From: Candidatus Heimdallarchaeota archaeon
Lineage (GTDB): Archaea; Asgardarchaeota; Heimdallarchaeia; JABLTI01
NCBI GenBank assembly: GCA_019058275.1
Contig: JAHLVW010000043.1
Coordinates: 1 to 48,509 of the forward strand
Direction of reading: 5' to 3'
Length of the DNA: 48,509 nt
The notes beneath the pieces were generated by a model. It worked only from the letters and a program-made list of their open reading frames with translations, ran no database searches and was not told the DNA's origin. Below, piece after piece: positions 48,250-48,509 of the stretch (within the stretch, counting starts at the first letter, position 1; every line of letters begins with the position of its first letter). The position numbers were made by a program, and so were the translations under genes.

Positions 48250-48509
48250 TTATTTCCTTTTTTTCATTACATTACAATGAGTTGAGTATTTACTCCAAAT
48301 CTTTGTCCCAAGTTTTTTTCATATATAATAGTTCATCTTTTTTCATTTGCGAGTTGGTAAGGTTATAATTATAAAAAGTTGATCTAGTTCCTTTGAAGGT
48401 TTTAATGGTAATTTAATTGCTTTGGAAGTTGAATATTTGAAATAGATTTTTGAATAATTATTCTCTAATTGCTCCATTAAGCTTGTCGAATGTTTATACT
48501 TCATTGTTA

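Noticed and set aside
47890-48509. CRISPR array beside the Cas4-like gene
   Set aside because: No regularly spaced direct repeats are visible

Overview
AT-rich archaeal chromosomal segment. The mix of archaeal core genes (carS, archaeal-type TrpRS and MetRS, pelota, rpl21e-rpo4-DUF655, SRP54) with eukaryotic-signature proteins (Rab-like GTPase, ubiquitin E2, Roadblock/LC7 protein) points to an Asgard archaeon, probably Heimdallarchaeia-like (inference). About 45 coding regions; no rRNA, tRNA or CRISPR array was recognised. Best candidates for undescribed systems: (1) a compact divergent four-gene module at 1309-4348 with a non-canonical GGDEF-like nucleotidyl cyclase (RGTEE), a PHP phosphoesterase, a stand-alone Lrp/AsnC ligand-binding domain and an EamA transporter fused to the same domain, which looks like a synthase/eraser/receptor/effector second-messenger circuit; (2) an amidohydrolase paired with a 1091-aa GCS2/YbdK-type carboxylate-amine ligase carrying a long, very basic disordered linker, a possible writer/eraser modification pair; (3) a Cdc48 N-domain + vWA fusion with no ATPase. 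Other notable items: a NiFe-hydrogenase/NuoD-NuoH-like pair lacking catalytic motifs, an in-frame amber codon splitting MetRS, pseudogenes not visible as such in the ORF track (class V aminotransferase, Cas4-like nuclease, proline racemase remnant), an unannotated 54-aa Cys-rich protein, and several structured intergenic elements. All calls come from motif recognition by eye; no searches were run.
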